Source: Chrysomallon squamiferum
Taxonomy: Eukaryota; Animalia; Mollusca
Length of the DNA: 64,000 nt
Direction: 5' to 3'
Assembly: GCA_012295275.1 (NCBI GenBank)
Contig: CM022672.1
Location: forward strand, 25,110,001 to 25,174,000
The translations under genes and the position numbers were made by a program. Positions 25,721 to 38,985 of this stretch are shown in pieces. The notes beneath the pieces were generated by a model. That model did no database searches. It was not told where the DNA came from and saw only the letters and a list, made by a program, of their open reading frames with translations. How positions within the stretch are numbered: position 1 is the first letter of the stretch; every line of letters begins with the position of its first letter.

Positions 25721-28006
25721 AGCTGGGATTGTTACTACCAAAACAGCTAGATAGGTCTATCATTTCAGTTATTTACTATATGGTTTAATTTGTTTTCAAA
25801 GTCTGTTATATGTATAAAAAATAGAAGCATTTAACAGATGCATTCTTGACACTCAATCCTAAGTCTCTTGCAAAATCAATTGCATGTTGTTGTTTTACAA
25901 TTCTGTTATATATATTTAACAGACACACTGGCGAATTCCTGATCATTCTTCCTATGTCTTTTACAACACTATGTGTTACTTGTCTGTTTTCAGGCAGAAA
26001 TTTTGTTGTAAGAAAAATGGCAGTGGCCATCTGACCCCTGCAGATGATAACAGTGAATGATGAAAATAAAGAATGAACATAAAAACAAGCACATCATTCA
26101 GGAGTAGAGACAAATATGTCAAACTAAATGAGGAATACGAACATGAACAGCATGGAAAAAAGGTAAATTCTATTAAAATTAGAGTAAACACTGGATTCTT
26201 GGATAGATTGTTACCTTGATGATTTAACTAATAAAGTTTTGAAATTAGTAGTCTCTTTTGTTAGATGTTTGGGTTTAGAAACTTCAGTGATTACCTTTTT
26301 TATAAACAAATTTAATTCTGTCACCTTTGTCATTTCTCGCTTTCTCTCTCTGTCATTGTCTATGTCTGTGTGTGTGTAAATATGCTGGCATCTATACGTA
26401 TGTCAGTCTTTGTATTTTGTTCCAGTATGTTACAGTAAAGTAACAATTATTTTTACAGGGTGGGTGCTTGTTTTAAAAGTTGTTGGCCTCTCATAATATT
26501 CTTATCTTAATCAAACTATATGATCATTAAAATAAAACAAATAATCATTTATTATTACCCTAATGTATGCTAGTTAGTTTTATTTGCTTTTTGATGCAGG
26601 CAGTTTGTAAATATGAAGATGGAAAATACATAAAGACCAAAATGCCTGTTGGGGATTCAAATCTTAAATGGCCTGTTGTTATATGAGAAATTATTAGTGG
26701 TGAAATGGTAATGCTAAGTAATTTTTAAACTGGTTTATTTTTGTTTTAGTTTTAAATATTGCATTTGATTTAAGAAGTAGATCGAAATTTGAATTACCAA
26801 AATAAAAAAAATAAAAGAAAAGATGATTTATAAAAAGATTTTTGATTCTATGAAAAGGTTACTTAATGTTAAAGCATTTTCAGTAAAAATGACAGATTTA
26901 TCAGTGATAATATATAATTTATAATATTATGATAAATACTTTTGAAAGTGTTTTTAATCTACAAGTTTTAGAAGCCACTAGGTTTTTTCCATAATTATAA
27001 GAGGACAGAATAAAAAAAAAAAAAAAAAAAAAAAAGAAATGCAAAAAAAGCACTTAATTTATTATTAATTAGATTAAATTTAAACTTTTCCTCACCTTTC
27101 TTTTTCTTTCTCTTTTTACATTTCCAGTCTTTATTTTTATTCTAACTTGGAGTCAAAATATGATATTTAAAAAAAAGGAAAAGTTAGATATTGTGAAAAA
27201 AATATAAATAGTATGTTTGATGATACAACAAAACAAACGAAAACATTTTGTGCACTTTCATTGTTTGGTTTGTTTGTTATTGATGACAGCTGTAAGATAA
27301 GAATAGAGATTGTTAATACAAATGATAAAAATCTCGCAAAGATTCATGTATGTAGACATTTTCTCTTCAACTTGGCATCATCCTGATGAATTCAAAATGC
27401 AGAAACTTTACATAGATTTACATCAATATTTAAATCTAATGATGATTTGAAAGGACCTTGTTGCCCTAAAACAAATAATATGATGTATCAGTGTATTTTA
27501 AAAAATACAATTGTTTCTGTTCTTCTGTTTTCTTTTTCTTTTGAAAACAGTGTGAAGATGTCTGCAAGAGATGGTTTAAAAAAGTGGACTAATAGAGCAG
27601 TTTTTTTATTTTCTAACTACAAATGGACTTTATATTTTTTGTTGGACTAACTCTAACATGTAAAGCAATTTTAACAAGTGTTTTAAAAATAAATGTATAA
27701 TATTTTCGTAAAGAATAAAGAAAATCCACTTTTTGGAGAAAGTATTATTGGTTTTTGGTGTTTTTTTTACCAGTACTTGTGTTTTTGACATAGCTTTGAC
27801 ATTAACCAAATTAAGTATTATTTTTTATGTCATGATTTTATATAACCTGCACTCAAATCTATAGAATAATGTCATCCCAAGATTTGGGGAACAAAGGACT
27901 TTCAGTTTGACGATGAGAAGAGAATTTTCTTATTTTAACTCGGTTGGTGTCTGCTTGTCATATGGTGCCTTTGTGTGTTTGCTCTTCTAAGGGTGTCACT
28001 TTTAAC

Positions 28007-29886
28007 TCAGTGGACCAGTGGCGTTATCTTTTCCCCAGTTTCAAATTCTGAATTTACAGAATGATAATACTGTGTAATGGTTTCCTGATGAGAAGAGGAT
28101 TTTCCTTTCGTTTGCTGATGAGAAGAGGGTTTTCCTTTCATTTGCTGTTGAGAAGAGGATTTTCCTTTCATTTGCTGATGAGAAGAGGTTTTTCCTTTCA
28201 TTTGCTGATGAGAAGAGGATTTTCCTTTAGTTTGCTGATGAGAAGAGGTTTTTCCTTTAGTTTGCTGATCAGAAGAGGTTTTTCCTTTAATTTGCTGATG
28301 AGAAGAGGTTTTTCCTTTAATTTGCTGATGAGAAGAGGATTTTTTTTTAATTTGTGGATGAGAAGAGGATTTTCTTTTGGTTTGCTGTTGAGAAGAGGCT
28401 TTTCTTTTGGTTTGCTGATCAGTAGAGGATTTTTTTTTATTTGGATGATCTAAATACAATTGACAGTTTAGTATTCTGTGGCCTTTTTGAGACTTACATT
28501 CAGGAATAACACCTAGGCGTTCCAGTTCCTGTCTCTTCCAGTTCTCGTCACTGTTTTCCATTATAAGACTCAACGTATCCCGCTGGCTCATATTGTTCCA
28601 TCTTTTGAAAAATGAAGTAAAAACGAGTTAGTCATGTTGAACAACAACAAACAGAAATGAATAAGCATACAGATAGATACGTGTAAAATTTAAAACGAAA
28701 TCTAAACACAAATACACATGCACATGCCGCTAGTGGTTGTGGGAATATACAAACAAATAAATACATACACATTCAGACAAATATCTGTCATTATGTGCAT
28801 CTGTGCATATTTATTTGCATGTATTTGTATACACTGTGTCAGGTTTTAGTAATTGATGGATAATACCGTTACCCAAGCACCAATACCGATTTTCTAAATT
28901 TTAACGAGTTATGTTGAGAGATATGTTAGTTGTTAACATACGATTATGTTAGTCACTCTGGTGTTGCTAGCGTGCCTTCAGATGCGAGTTCGATGCTCGC
29001 CTGTTCAATTGTTCCACATTTACCTGTTTGATTGCTGACATGTGTGCCATCCTATGTCATTTTGGCGACTAGTGATAAGGGATTGGCTCCTGCCTTTCGG
29101 AGTCGCCCAAAACACTAGATGTTTTGTGTTTTTTAAAGTCATACTTCCACGCACGCACACACACACATGCACGCACACACACACACACACACATCTGTAT
29201 ATATATGTATCTAAATGTGTGTATATATGTATATATGTTTTTATACACGTGTGTCTGCGTGTGTGAGTGTGTGGATATAAAATAAATGAATCACCTCCAA
29301 AGCAGGTATACAATCAAAGCAATGAAAAACATGAATCCAACGGCAGCAACTGATAATAATGCTATAAAGGTTGTGTTCGTTTTGTCTGAAAAAAAAAAAA
29401 GAAAATATTCTGAATTTTTGTCTATATGAATATGTCTTTTAGTCTGAAAGACAGTGTTTTTAACAGTCTCATTTCTATCTGCCTGCGAGTGTGTGTGTTT
29501 GTGTGTTTTGTTTTTTATTTAAAAGTTCTGGAAACTCAATGGCTTTCGAGGAAATATAAGAGAAGATTTAACAGAACTGCATTCCGGAACAAAAATAAAA
29601 CGAACATTAAATAAATAAATAATAACAAAAACAACAACAACAACAACAACAGCAACAAGAAGAAGAAGAAGGAGAAGAACTTTAAATCATTCTGAGGAGC
29701 AGAAATAGTGATATCTTACAGTTTTCTGATTTTTTTTTTTTTAAATAAACACCAACTCTTTTTGTGCACAAAATAACAACAACAATAATAATAGTTGATA
29801 ACAGTGGTAGTAATACACACAAAAATAATAATAAGTAAAGCAAAAATAATAATAAGTAAATCAAAAATAATAATTAAAAAAATCTA

Positions 29887-29933
<47 letters not shown>

Positions 29934-32670
29934 GATCCTACAGATCGTTTTCATAAGGTGTACATGAAATATAAATGGAACTCTTATTTAGACGCTGATC
30001 CTATTTTCAGTCTATCTTCTTATATTAAAAAAATGCAAAATGTTTTCAAAACACCGATGAAAACTATAGACACTTTCTATTTCAACGAAAGTGAACCATT
30101 GAATGAGAAAATGACAAATCGAACACAGCCACATGCTTATCAGAATTATAGCCATGGGAAATATTTAACGCTTTAATGCCTACAATATCGTAATATAGGT
30201 AAAATATTTATCAGTAATTAAAAAAAAAAAAAAAGGTATGATCGATTCTGGGAAGGACTGAGGTACCGAACAACCTCTGGTTCTTCTGACACCTCGTCTT
30301 TCCCTAGTAATATCTAGTGTGCTGTATATTACCAATTTCTCTTCCTTCTATTTTATTTTAGACCTTCATTTCGTTTCGTCACAAGTTTGTTCATAACTAA
30401 ATTATTTTGTCAATCTATCTATCTGTCTGTCTGCATGTTTGTTTCTTTGTATCACTGTATGTATACAGGGCCTGTGACAGGGGGCTCCAGTCGGTACTTT
30501 GTTTCGGGGCCCAAGAGCTAGGAAAAGTCCCATAGCAACAAAGCAACATCCATTCCCCCCTCGAGAACAGTCACTTTGTACTACCCTCAGCCCGACATAC
30601 ACTCACATTCACCTACACAAACATCACTATACTTATCACACCGCACTTACTTCTTTTTATTAGTATTTTGAGAATAATCTTTGCCTGCCTTGTGTCATCC
30701 AAAGGCGGCTTGTACCGCCTTGCAAAATTTATCTTGGAGGCCCTGTATGTAACTATGTATGTATATGTATCTATATCTTTATCTATATCTATATATTTAT
30801 TTATATATCGCGGTCAATACAATCCAACACAGCTCTTGTAGGAAATGCACTGTATACTGAAAAGCATGGAAACCATTACAAGAAACTGGTAATATTGCAC
30901 ACGAAATTTCAAGATGACTGTTGCGAGTGAAACCGATAAACTATTTGTATGACCAGTCTAGTGACAGTAATAAAACTACTGGACGAAAATAGTTACAAGG
31001 AAAGATTTACTTGGGCAGAATGAAATACATTATTCATTTTTACCATTTTTTATTAAAATTTCAAATTTCATCAAACCATAAAGAATTCATTCATCTGCTC
31101 ATCTGAAATAAAGCCAGACTGATTTATGACAGACAAATACCTAAAATACATTTGATAGATACGATTTTACAGAACTTAGAAGTTGGTACATTGTATGGAA
31201 AAAAAAAAAAAAAAAAAAATACAGGTAAAAACAAACAAATAAATAAAATAAAATAAAATAAAAATAGAAAAATAGAAGAAAAAAGAGCAATAAATAAAGA
31301 TAAAAGACCCTGCACATTTTCCTATTTTTTCCTTGTACGTTCCTTTATTAGAAATTCGTAAATTCCAATCATTTACTTAATTCTTGGGTTTCGTTTGCAC
31401 ATTTGTTCTTTTTGTTATTTTTCTTTTTCTTTTCTTTTTTTATTTCACATTTATCTCTGCTCTAGTTAGAGATAAAAAATTACACACTTTTCAAAATATT
31501 CTCTTTCGTTGATATATATCAGCCAAATTACAGACTTTCCAAAATCCTCAATTTCGCTGATATATATCAGCGAAACTGAATATTTTGGAAAGTCTATAAT
31601 TTGTTATCTCTAACTTGAGTAGAGATAAATGTGAAATAAAAAATTATATTATATAGTATGTATGTGTAGATGTGTGTGTATATATGTATATATATATATA
31701 TAAATTAAAATTAAAATTTCATATGCATGCCAGTATTTATGAATATTGTCTGTAGGTATGTATGTGTGTGCATTATATTAGAGATCACATTAGCACAGGA
31801 AAACTAAATCAAAGCCTCCCAAACGTCAGATGCCGCTGACGATACTCGAATGTATAGAACTCATTCACACATATTCCCAATGTTTTTGTCGATGTAGCTC
31901 GGCAGAGAAACAAGCTATAAAAAATGCTGCTTAAATTGCAGCTTCCCACGAAACCGTCGTTCATTGTCTTTCGTCGTTTTTGCGTGGGTAGGAAACATGG
32001 CACTGGCAGGTTCATATTTAGGAATGAATATTCTTGTTTTAAGTACGTCTGTACATAGAAAACATTCGTAACGCACTGACACAGACGGACAAAGTTACTC
32101 AGTATTACTACTACTACTACTACTACTACTACTTATTATTATTATTATTATTTTTACCATTTTCGGCACTGACAATGCGGAATTGTTCTGAAAACAAACA
32201 GATATAAATATAACAGAAATCTACGCATGTACGTTACGTGTGTGCGTGCATGTATGTACGTGTTCGCTCAACAAAAATCAGCCGTATCAAATGTAGAGCA
32301 CACATATATATATATATAATAAAATAATAATAATAATAATAATTTTAAAAAATATATCTATCTGAGTTTTTATATTCATCAACTAATACTTGGATCTGTT
32401 TACGTGACCGTATGAGAAGTTTTTATTATGCGACATTTTAAAGATGTTTTTCTTTTTCTTCTTTTTTTACATACACATACGCATATACATACATACATAC
32501 ATACATACATACATGCATGCATGCATGCATTCATTCATTCATATAGTAAGAAAGTAAGAAAAGGGAACGGTAATAAAGGTTTATTTTAGAAGTGAATAGA
32601 TAAATATTTGTATATCATAATTATACAAACCCAGTGCCCGATAGACGAAGAACAGAAATACCATCTTCAT
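28007..32670 (-). CDS. Tentative second orphan type I membrane protein (~325 aa) with cytoplasmic 10-aa repeats; exons 32631-32670, 32158-32187, 31950-32048, 29295-29385, 29024-29194, 28498-28601, 28007-28449
   Basis: Phase-compatible chain: signal-like MKMVFLFFVYRALEQFRIVSA, TM exon FIALLSVAAVGFMFFIALIVYLLW (strong acceptor, phase 1 to 2), then exons joining into ORF 28007-28591. The exon-3 donor (GTGGGA) and exon-5 acceptor are weak, and the model may be partly wrong or pseudogenic. Confidence 0.4.
28081..28440. repeat. 30-bp tandem repeat, ~12 copies (TTTGCTGATGAGAAGAGGWTTTTCCTTTNN), encoding KGKSSSHQQT-like decapeptides on the minus strand
   Basis: Directly visible 30-nt periodicity without indels. 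Confidence 0.95.
30466..30745. mobile_element. hAT-type MITE (280 bp)
   Basis: Terminal inverted CAGGGCCT...AGGCCCTG flanked by a near-identical 8-bp duplication TATGTATA / TATGTAAC. Confidence 0.65.
31436..31643. repeat. Palindromic (foldback) element with perfect 24-bp apex and internal ~48-bp duplication
   Basis: Arms TTTTTATTTCACATTTATCTCT...AGAGATAAATGTGAAATAAAAA; apex TTTCGCTGATATATATCAGCGAAA at 31552-31575. Confidence 0.85.
31790..31880 (-). mobile_element. Degenerate second copy of the SINE at 53600-53752
   Basis: Shared GTCAGATGCCGCTGACGA(T/G)ACTCGA core. Confidence 0.5.
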
Positions 32671-32989
32671 TGCGAGTTTTACGCTTGTTTATGATACCTG
32701 CAACAACAACGAATACATTCAGATCTTACTTATTTTTTCAAAGTACATTGTATATTATTTATTTTTGGCTATCAGTTTCTGCTAACAATAGTGTTTAACG
32801 GTACCATTGCTCATTAAATATTAATTCGTTAAGTATGTACTGTTGAATATTGGTACAGTTTTTAATTATTATTAATGAAATGAACCCGTTTGTCAATAAT
32901 ATGCTGCTAACTACAACTATCTGGGACAGACATAAAGGGTTCGAAAACCTAAAAATAAAAAATAATAAAAATAATAAAATTCTAAGAAG

Positions 32990-33430
32990 GTTATCTTCAA
33001 TGGAAACTTTGGAACCTATCGAAGAGACATATTTGCAACTCATGTGACATGCAGTGCGGAAAGATGGACACTATCTAAACCAGCAAAGGCCAAACTAACA
33101 GCATCACAAAGGTGGAGAGAAATATATTAAACATGACATAGTAAGAAAGAAAACGAACGTCTTAGCCTGAACATTGATGCTAGGCAGGGTGGCACAGAAG
33201 CAGAATAAAAGATAACCAATGCACATCACATAGCGCCTAAAGGAAATCCTAGGAAGGGAAGCGGTATGAAGGAAGACAAGCGGAATGAATGAACTAGATA
33301 ACTGCTGGAAAGGATGACTGAAAACACAGGCAGGTGTGGAATCAACATGCTGGAATTTTAGTCCAACAAAGGGAGACTGTTGCTGCTGCTGCTGCTGCTG
33401 ATGTGTATGATGATGATGATAATGATAATA
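32990..33430 (+). mobile_element. 5'-truncated, decayed RTE-clade LINE 3' end
   Basis: Broken peptides SAERWTLSKPAKAKLTASQ / VERNILNMT / ELDNCW / RQVWNQHA match the RTE C-terminal pattern (YGAETWTL..KL..AQ..MER.ML.IT...W). They are followed by a (GCT)n(GAT)n microsatellite tail typical of RTE. Confidence 0.7.
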
Positions 33431-35742
33431 AAGAGTGTAATTATTATTATTATTATTATTAAAATAATCAAATAAATAAATATTTTTGATAATTTATTGT
33501 TTTTGTTATTTTTATGCGGACATTGATTGTTATTATGTTATATTATATTATATTAAATTAAAAAATTTACTTTTCTAAGAATAGGCCTGTCAGACCAAAA
33601 TATATATATATTTGACCATTCTGTTAAGGATTATCATAACTTATTTCTTTCACAATACATTTGAATAAAACCTAGCAGAAGAGAAGATATTAATATTCTG
33701 AAAGAAAAGTAAAAGGGCGGGCGTATTTGTTCTTGTTGAAAAGATAAAAATTAATGTCTACTTAGTATAATTAACTTCACCAGTATTTATTGTTTAGATT
33801 TAACTTGCATGAAATAGTCTCGTCTATGTGAAATTAAAACTTTTAGCTGCTTCTTTGCTTTTTCTTTGCATTAGGACAAGATATATCAGCAAATGCAATG
33901 ATAAACAATTCCGTGTGCAGTTCTGACTGTCGCTGTTTATTCGTTGTAATGCTATTTTAAAATCACAAATTCGAGCTCGAATATTTTTCAATTCCGACGC
34001 GGTAAAAAATATATGGATATGTTCTACACGTATTCGTCTTTTATCTGATCCAGTTTGATTTTATTCAGCCTGTAAAAAACCAATTTGCTCAATATATAAA
34101 GTCTATATTAAGGCATTCGATCACAAAAGTTATTAATACTATTGAGAAACATCGTCCAAAACGACTCAGAAGTCTGACTTTAAAAACGGCCGCCATGTAA
34201 GGTCAAAGATCGACAACGTAAATCTATAGTAGATGGTAGTTTCGTAACTGTCCGTGTCGATTTTAGTGTTCAGAGAGGAGAGAAATACATTTTTAATTAT
34301 ATTTGTTTTATAATTATGGACTGAATATTTAACGAGTTATAAAACTCAAAAGTACGTAGTGCTCCATGCAGACCTACTTTTCATAAAATGGGAGAACATC
34401 TAACATGCTCGCTAACAACCGTGCAACCTCATGAAATGTCTACATTTTTATTTCCTGTTCCCTCGAAATTTTTAAAATATCGAATAATATTTTCTCAGTG
34501 TATCGAAGACGAAAAATTCTTTGTAATTTAACGATTCAACCGGAAAACCATTTCATGTAGAATTTATATTCGTAATATTTTATCTCAATAAAACTACAGT
34601 GAGCATTAACTGTGCAGTCATAACGGGCATGCTTAGAAGGATATTTAAATATCTATATATATTTAGCAGTGTGGGCCCTATTAAGGAATATAGTACTTAG
34701 CCCGTTTAATTACTACAGTGGAATCAAGCATACCTTTTAGAAATAGTGCCGTAGTGACTCCTTTATTGATAAAGCAGCAATTAGCTGAATTCTGAATTAT
34801 ACTCACTCGGGCCTCATTTCAAATTGATAAACACTGATTTAATTACATCAAATATATTTCAAAAAATAAAAATAAAAAAAATAAAATAAAAAAAAAAATA
34901 ATAAAAAAATATATATAGTTTAAACTATTACCTATACGTATCCTCAAAACAACCTTATCTGTATATTAAAGTTCCCGATTGTCTTTATTATTTATCTTTT
35001 CGACGAATTATTACGTCATTCTTAGCTACAATTGTTAATTAACAACGTCATAACACAATAATCCTCCCCCTTTAAAGACTTTTTGCTCTTCTCATCTTAA
35101 TCTTTTTTCTTTTAATTTTATTTTTGTTCATATCACTACTTTATTATTATAACTCTTGTAAGGCATAAATATCCACCATTCCACGTTTAATTAATTTGTT
35201 TCTTTTCCATACTTTAATGCAATATATATATATTTTGTTCTTTATATTGATATATGTTTTTATATGCTAGACTTCCTTTTGAAAACCATTTATTTCTTGA
35301 TTTATATATTGTTTTCAAATGCTTTGCTATTCCATTCATTTGACCTTTGATGATGATGATGATGATGATGATAATAATAATAATAATAATTCATTTTAGG
35401 ACCATTTATAAAAATGTATCTACGTTCCGGCCCATAAACAATGTAAACTAATTATTTCAATAAATAATAAAATAAATAATAAATTAATTTTATCAATTTA
35501 AATATAATTATAAATCATGTTCTAAAATGTGTACTAGATGCCAAAAACTGGTGTCTTTCATTTTTCTCTTTTGTTATTTTTTTTTTTAAATCATTTGACG
35601 ATTTTTTATTTATAAAAATAACAAGCAAAAATGAATTACCTACATTCCTTATTAACTAAAATGCCTTAAAAATTTAGTCCTAATTATTTAAATCAACTGC
35701 TAATAAATTTTCCAATTTTTTTTTACAAAAATGGAAAGCTTA

Positions 35743-35820
<78 letters not shown>

Positions 35821-36014
35821 CTGATAAGCTTGGATTTTTCAAAGTAAATAAAAATTTAAAAAGTCAAAGTGAAATGAAAACAGTAAATAAAGTTTAGCAA
35901 AAAAACCTTAGTTCTACTATATTTTTATGCATCACAATGCATACGACAAAAAATAAATAAAATAAAATAATATATATATATATATATATATAAAAAAAAA
36001 AAATGAATAATGAA

Positions 36015-36064
<50 letters not shown>

Positions 36065-36101
36065 TCAATGACTTTACAGTACAAAGTTTGCAGGCGTGTC
36101 A

Positions 36102-36134
<33 letters not shown>

Positions 36135-37991
36135 TATTATTTATTTCTTTTTCCATTCACCGTTGATACGCTTACTGGTTATTACACATTAATGCTGGAA
36201 CTGAAAAGGAAAAACAATAGCAAATGCTTGGTTATAGAGTTATCTCCTATGATAGCTTCTTCCGTTAACCAAACGATAACTCTTTGGCGTAACGTTCTGA
36301 AAGCTCGCTGGAAGTGTTCGCTGGCTTCACTTCAGCGGGAAATAACTGAGAAATCGGAACCGGTGTGGCAGGAAATCACAAACAGACCACTTGTCATTTC
36401 TTAGGAAATCTCAAGCCCCCATGTCCATATATAGGCAAACCCCCTCATAATATACCATACATACCTGTAGTGATAGTGTTTTTAATTGCATCTCAAGCCT
36501 TCTGTCATATGTGATTTTAATATGAAAAACATATATTTGGAAATGGGTCAAATTGTGTTTTGGCATTTGTGTTTTTTTTTGTTTGTTTTTGTTTTGTGTT
36601 TTTTTTGGCACAACATTAATTATGTTTGTGTTTAAGAACAGTTTAAAGTACAGTATGTCTGTATTTCATCCCGCCGCAACTCTAAAATTTTTGGGTTTTC
36701 TGTCTTTCTTTTTAGCTCCAGCTATAAAAAGCTAGTCCCTTACTTGTGATATACAACTAAAAAATAATAAGAACAACAGTCTGATTTGAAATTATTTATT
36801 GAGCAACTTCCTTCACACACAATAATTAATTAAAGTACTGATAACACCTGCTGTAGTAGTCAGAAACAGGTGGTATATACGTTTCCCTTCTGATTGACAT
36901 TCATCGGTCCTACAAGGTCTATGCCAATGGTGTGTCAGAAGATGGGAGTAACAGGGATGCTATGGGGTGTGCGATTTCCGGGGTTTGTAATGAACTGCTA
37001 AACCGGAAATAATTCATACACGGCCAATCACATCTGGGTTGACGACCTTGCCGTAACTGCGTGTCTCGATAATTAAACACGTCTATTACTGAAAACAAAA
37101 TGGTAGAATCCTAACACATTTTAAAAAAAATATATAATAATAATAAAATAAATAAATAAATATATATATATATTCCTATATAATAATTACACCCCTGTAG
37201 TAAATGTAAATTATATTTGTTTACTGCATTTAATTTATTTTTGCATCTTTGAAAGAACTTTCGACTTGTTGGTACAAATATATTAGAAAGACTAAGTAGT
37301 CACATACTACCAAAAGTGAGATAAACTGCTACTGCTACTGGTGCTGGTGTTGTGCTGGTGCTATTATTACATATTTAATTAGTAAGCTTGATCTTCTATT
37401 TTTGCTCAGCAGCAATGTAGATTTTATTTTTGGAAAGCTCTGTTTACGTCTAGTAATATTGTTTTGGATAGTTCTAAATTATGGAAGGTTCCGAAATATG
37501 CAATAACAAAATAAATAAATAACAAAATAAAAAATAAATAAATAAATAAATATATAAAAAAATGTAATAATAATTAAAAAAAAAAAAATAATAAAAAAAA
37601 ATAAAATAAAATAAAATAAAAAAAATAAAAAAATAAAAATAAAAATATATAATGGTAGAAAGAAAACGATTAAACTAATAAGAGTGGTGCCAAGACTTTT
37701 TGCTTCATTTTAACTAATTTAATGGTCTGTTAGTTATTGCAGTTTTGAAATTAAAAAAAAAAAAAAAGCATCTAAATCCGTTTATACAAACTATTTAAAA
37801 TGTAGAGTATATTACTTTTTTATAATCTACAAAGGATCAGGATTTTTGTAAACGTAATGGATAACGAACTGCATTAACCTTACTGTTAATGTGCGCATCG
37901 AGATAGGAATAAATGAAATTATGAACATAATGAGAACAGGAAACAGAGATCAACAGAGAGCGGAGAAGGAGACAGAGGGAGAAGATATTTA

Positions 37992-38045
<54 letters not shown>

Positions 38046-38937
38046 CACAGTTTGAAAAAAGAGTTCTGTGGTTATGATTTAGCAGGAGCATCTATCGAGA
38101 AAAGAATATAAAAACTGAGAAAATTTGTGATAATAATAATAATAATAACAGTTATACTGCTACTACTACTATTAATAATAATAAAAAGAAAAACAACAAC
38201 AACAACATAATATACATCATACAGAAGCAAAGGCTAATATTTGCATGACTGTTGGTGATAAATTCTTTCCTACATAATTACACAGTGACATGTTTTGGTA
38301 GATAAAAACACTGATCACACTCTTCAGGATAATGTGTTTTCCTGTGGCTTACACTGCGCGTCAGAACAAACAAGATTGAGACGTTTATCAAGCAGTATAA
38401 TAAAAACAATGCCCATTCTGTTATCTAAATATCAGTCTATCAGTACACCAGCTTATTTCTCCATCATCAACAGCTGTGTTGTACAAGGAAGTGCTATCGT
38501 CTGTTTCTGCTTGACTGCTGCGGTGCTCTGGAGGAACTGAATACACAGAAGAAACACTAGCGCTGATAAAATCTTTGGGAAGACTTTTAATTTTTGTGTT
38601 TATGTTTTAAGAGAAATAAGGCGCTAACTAAATGTTTTTTTTTTTTTTTTTTTTTAGCTCGGAGATTAGAATATAATCATCTTTATCACCACTTTGATAT
38701 TATTTTATGTTTTTATTGAGATCGTAAAGATGTTTTGAGTTTTCTTTTTTTCTTTCATTCATTCTTTCTTTCTTTCTTTCTTTCTTTCATTCTTTCCTTT
38801 TTTTTTTTAATAAATATTTTGGTGTTTGGTTTGATCAGACGATTTTAAAGGAATGATCGGATCATATTTGATTGTTATTTATTTGTTTGATTTGTTACTT
38901 ATCTTTCATCATTGTTGTTTGTGTAAGTTTGTTATTA

Positions 38938-38985
<48 letters not shown>

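Noticed and set aside
25806-26030. 74-aa minus-strand ORF
   Set aside because: No recognisable motif or exon chain; local splice signals favour the plus strand.
28081-28440. CRISPR-like periodicity
   Set aside because: Head-to-tail repeats without unique spacers, in eukaryotic DNA.
28061-28453. Plus-strand ORF of LLMRRGFSF repeats
   Set aside because: Antisense reading of the 30-bp repeat with no splice or start context; the minus frame connects to other exons.
31996-32015. ATGGCACTGG resembling miR-183/263 seed
   Set aside because: No complementary arm and the rest of the mature sequence does not match.
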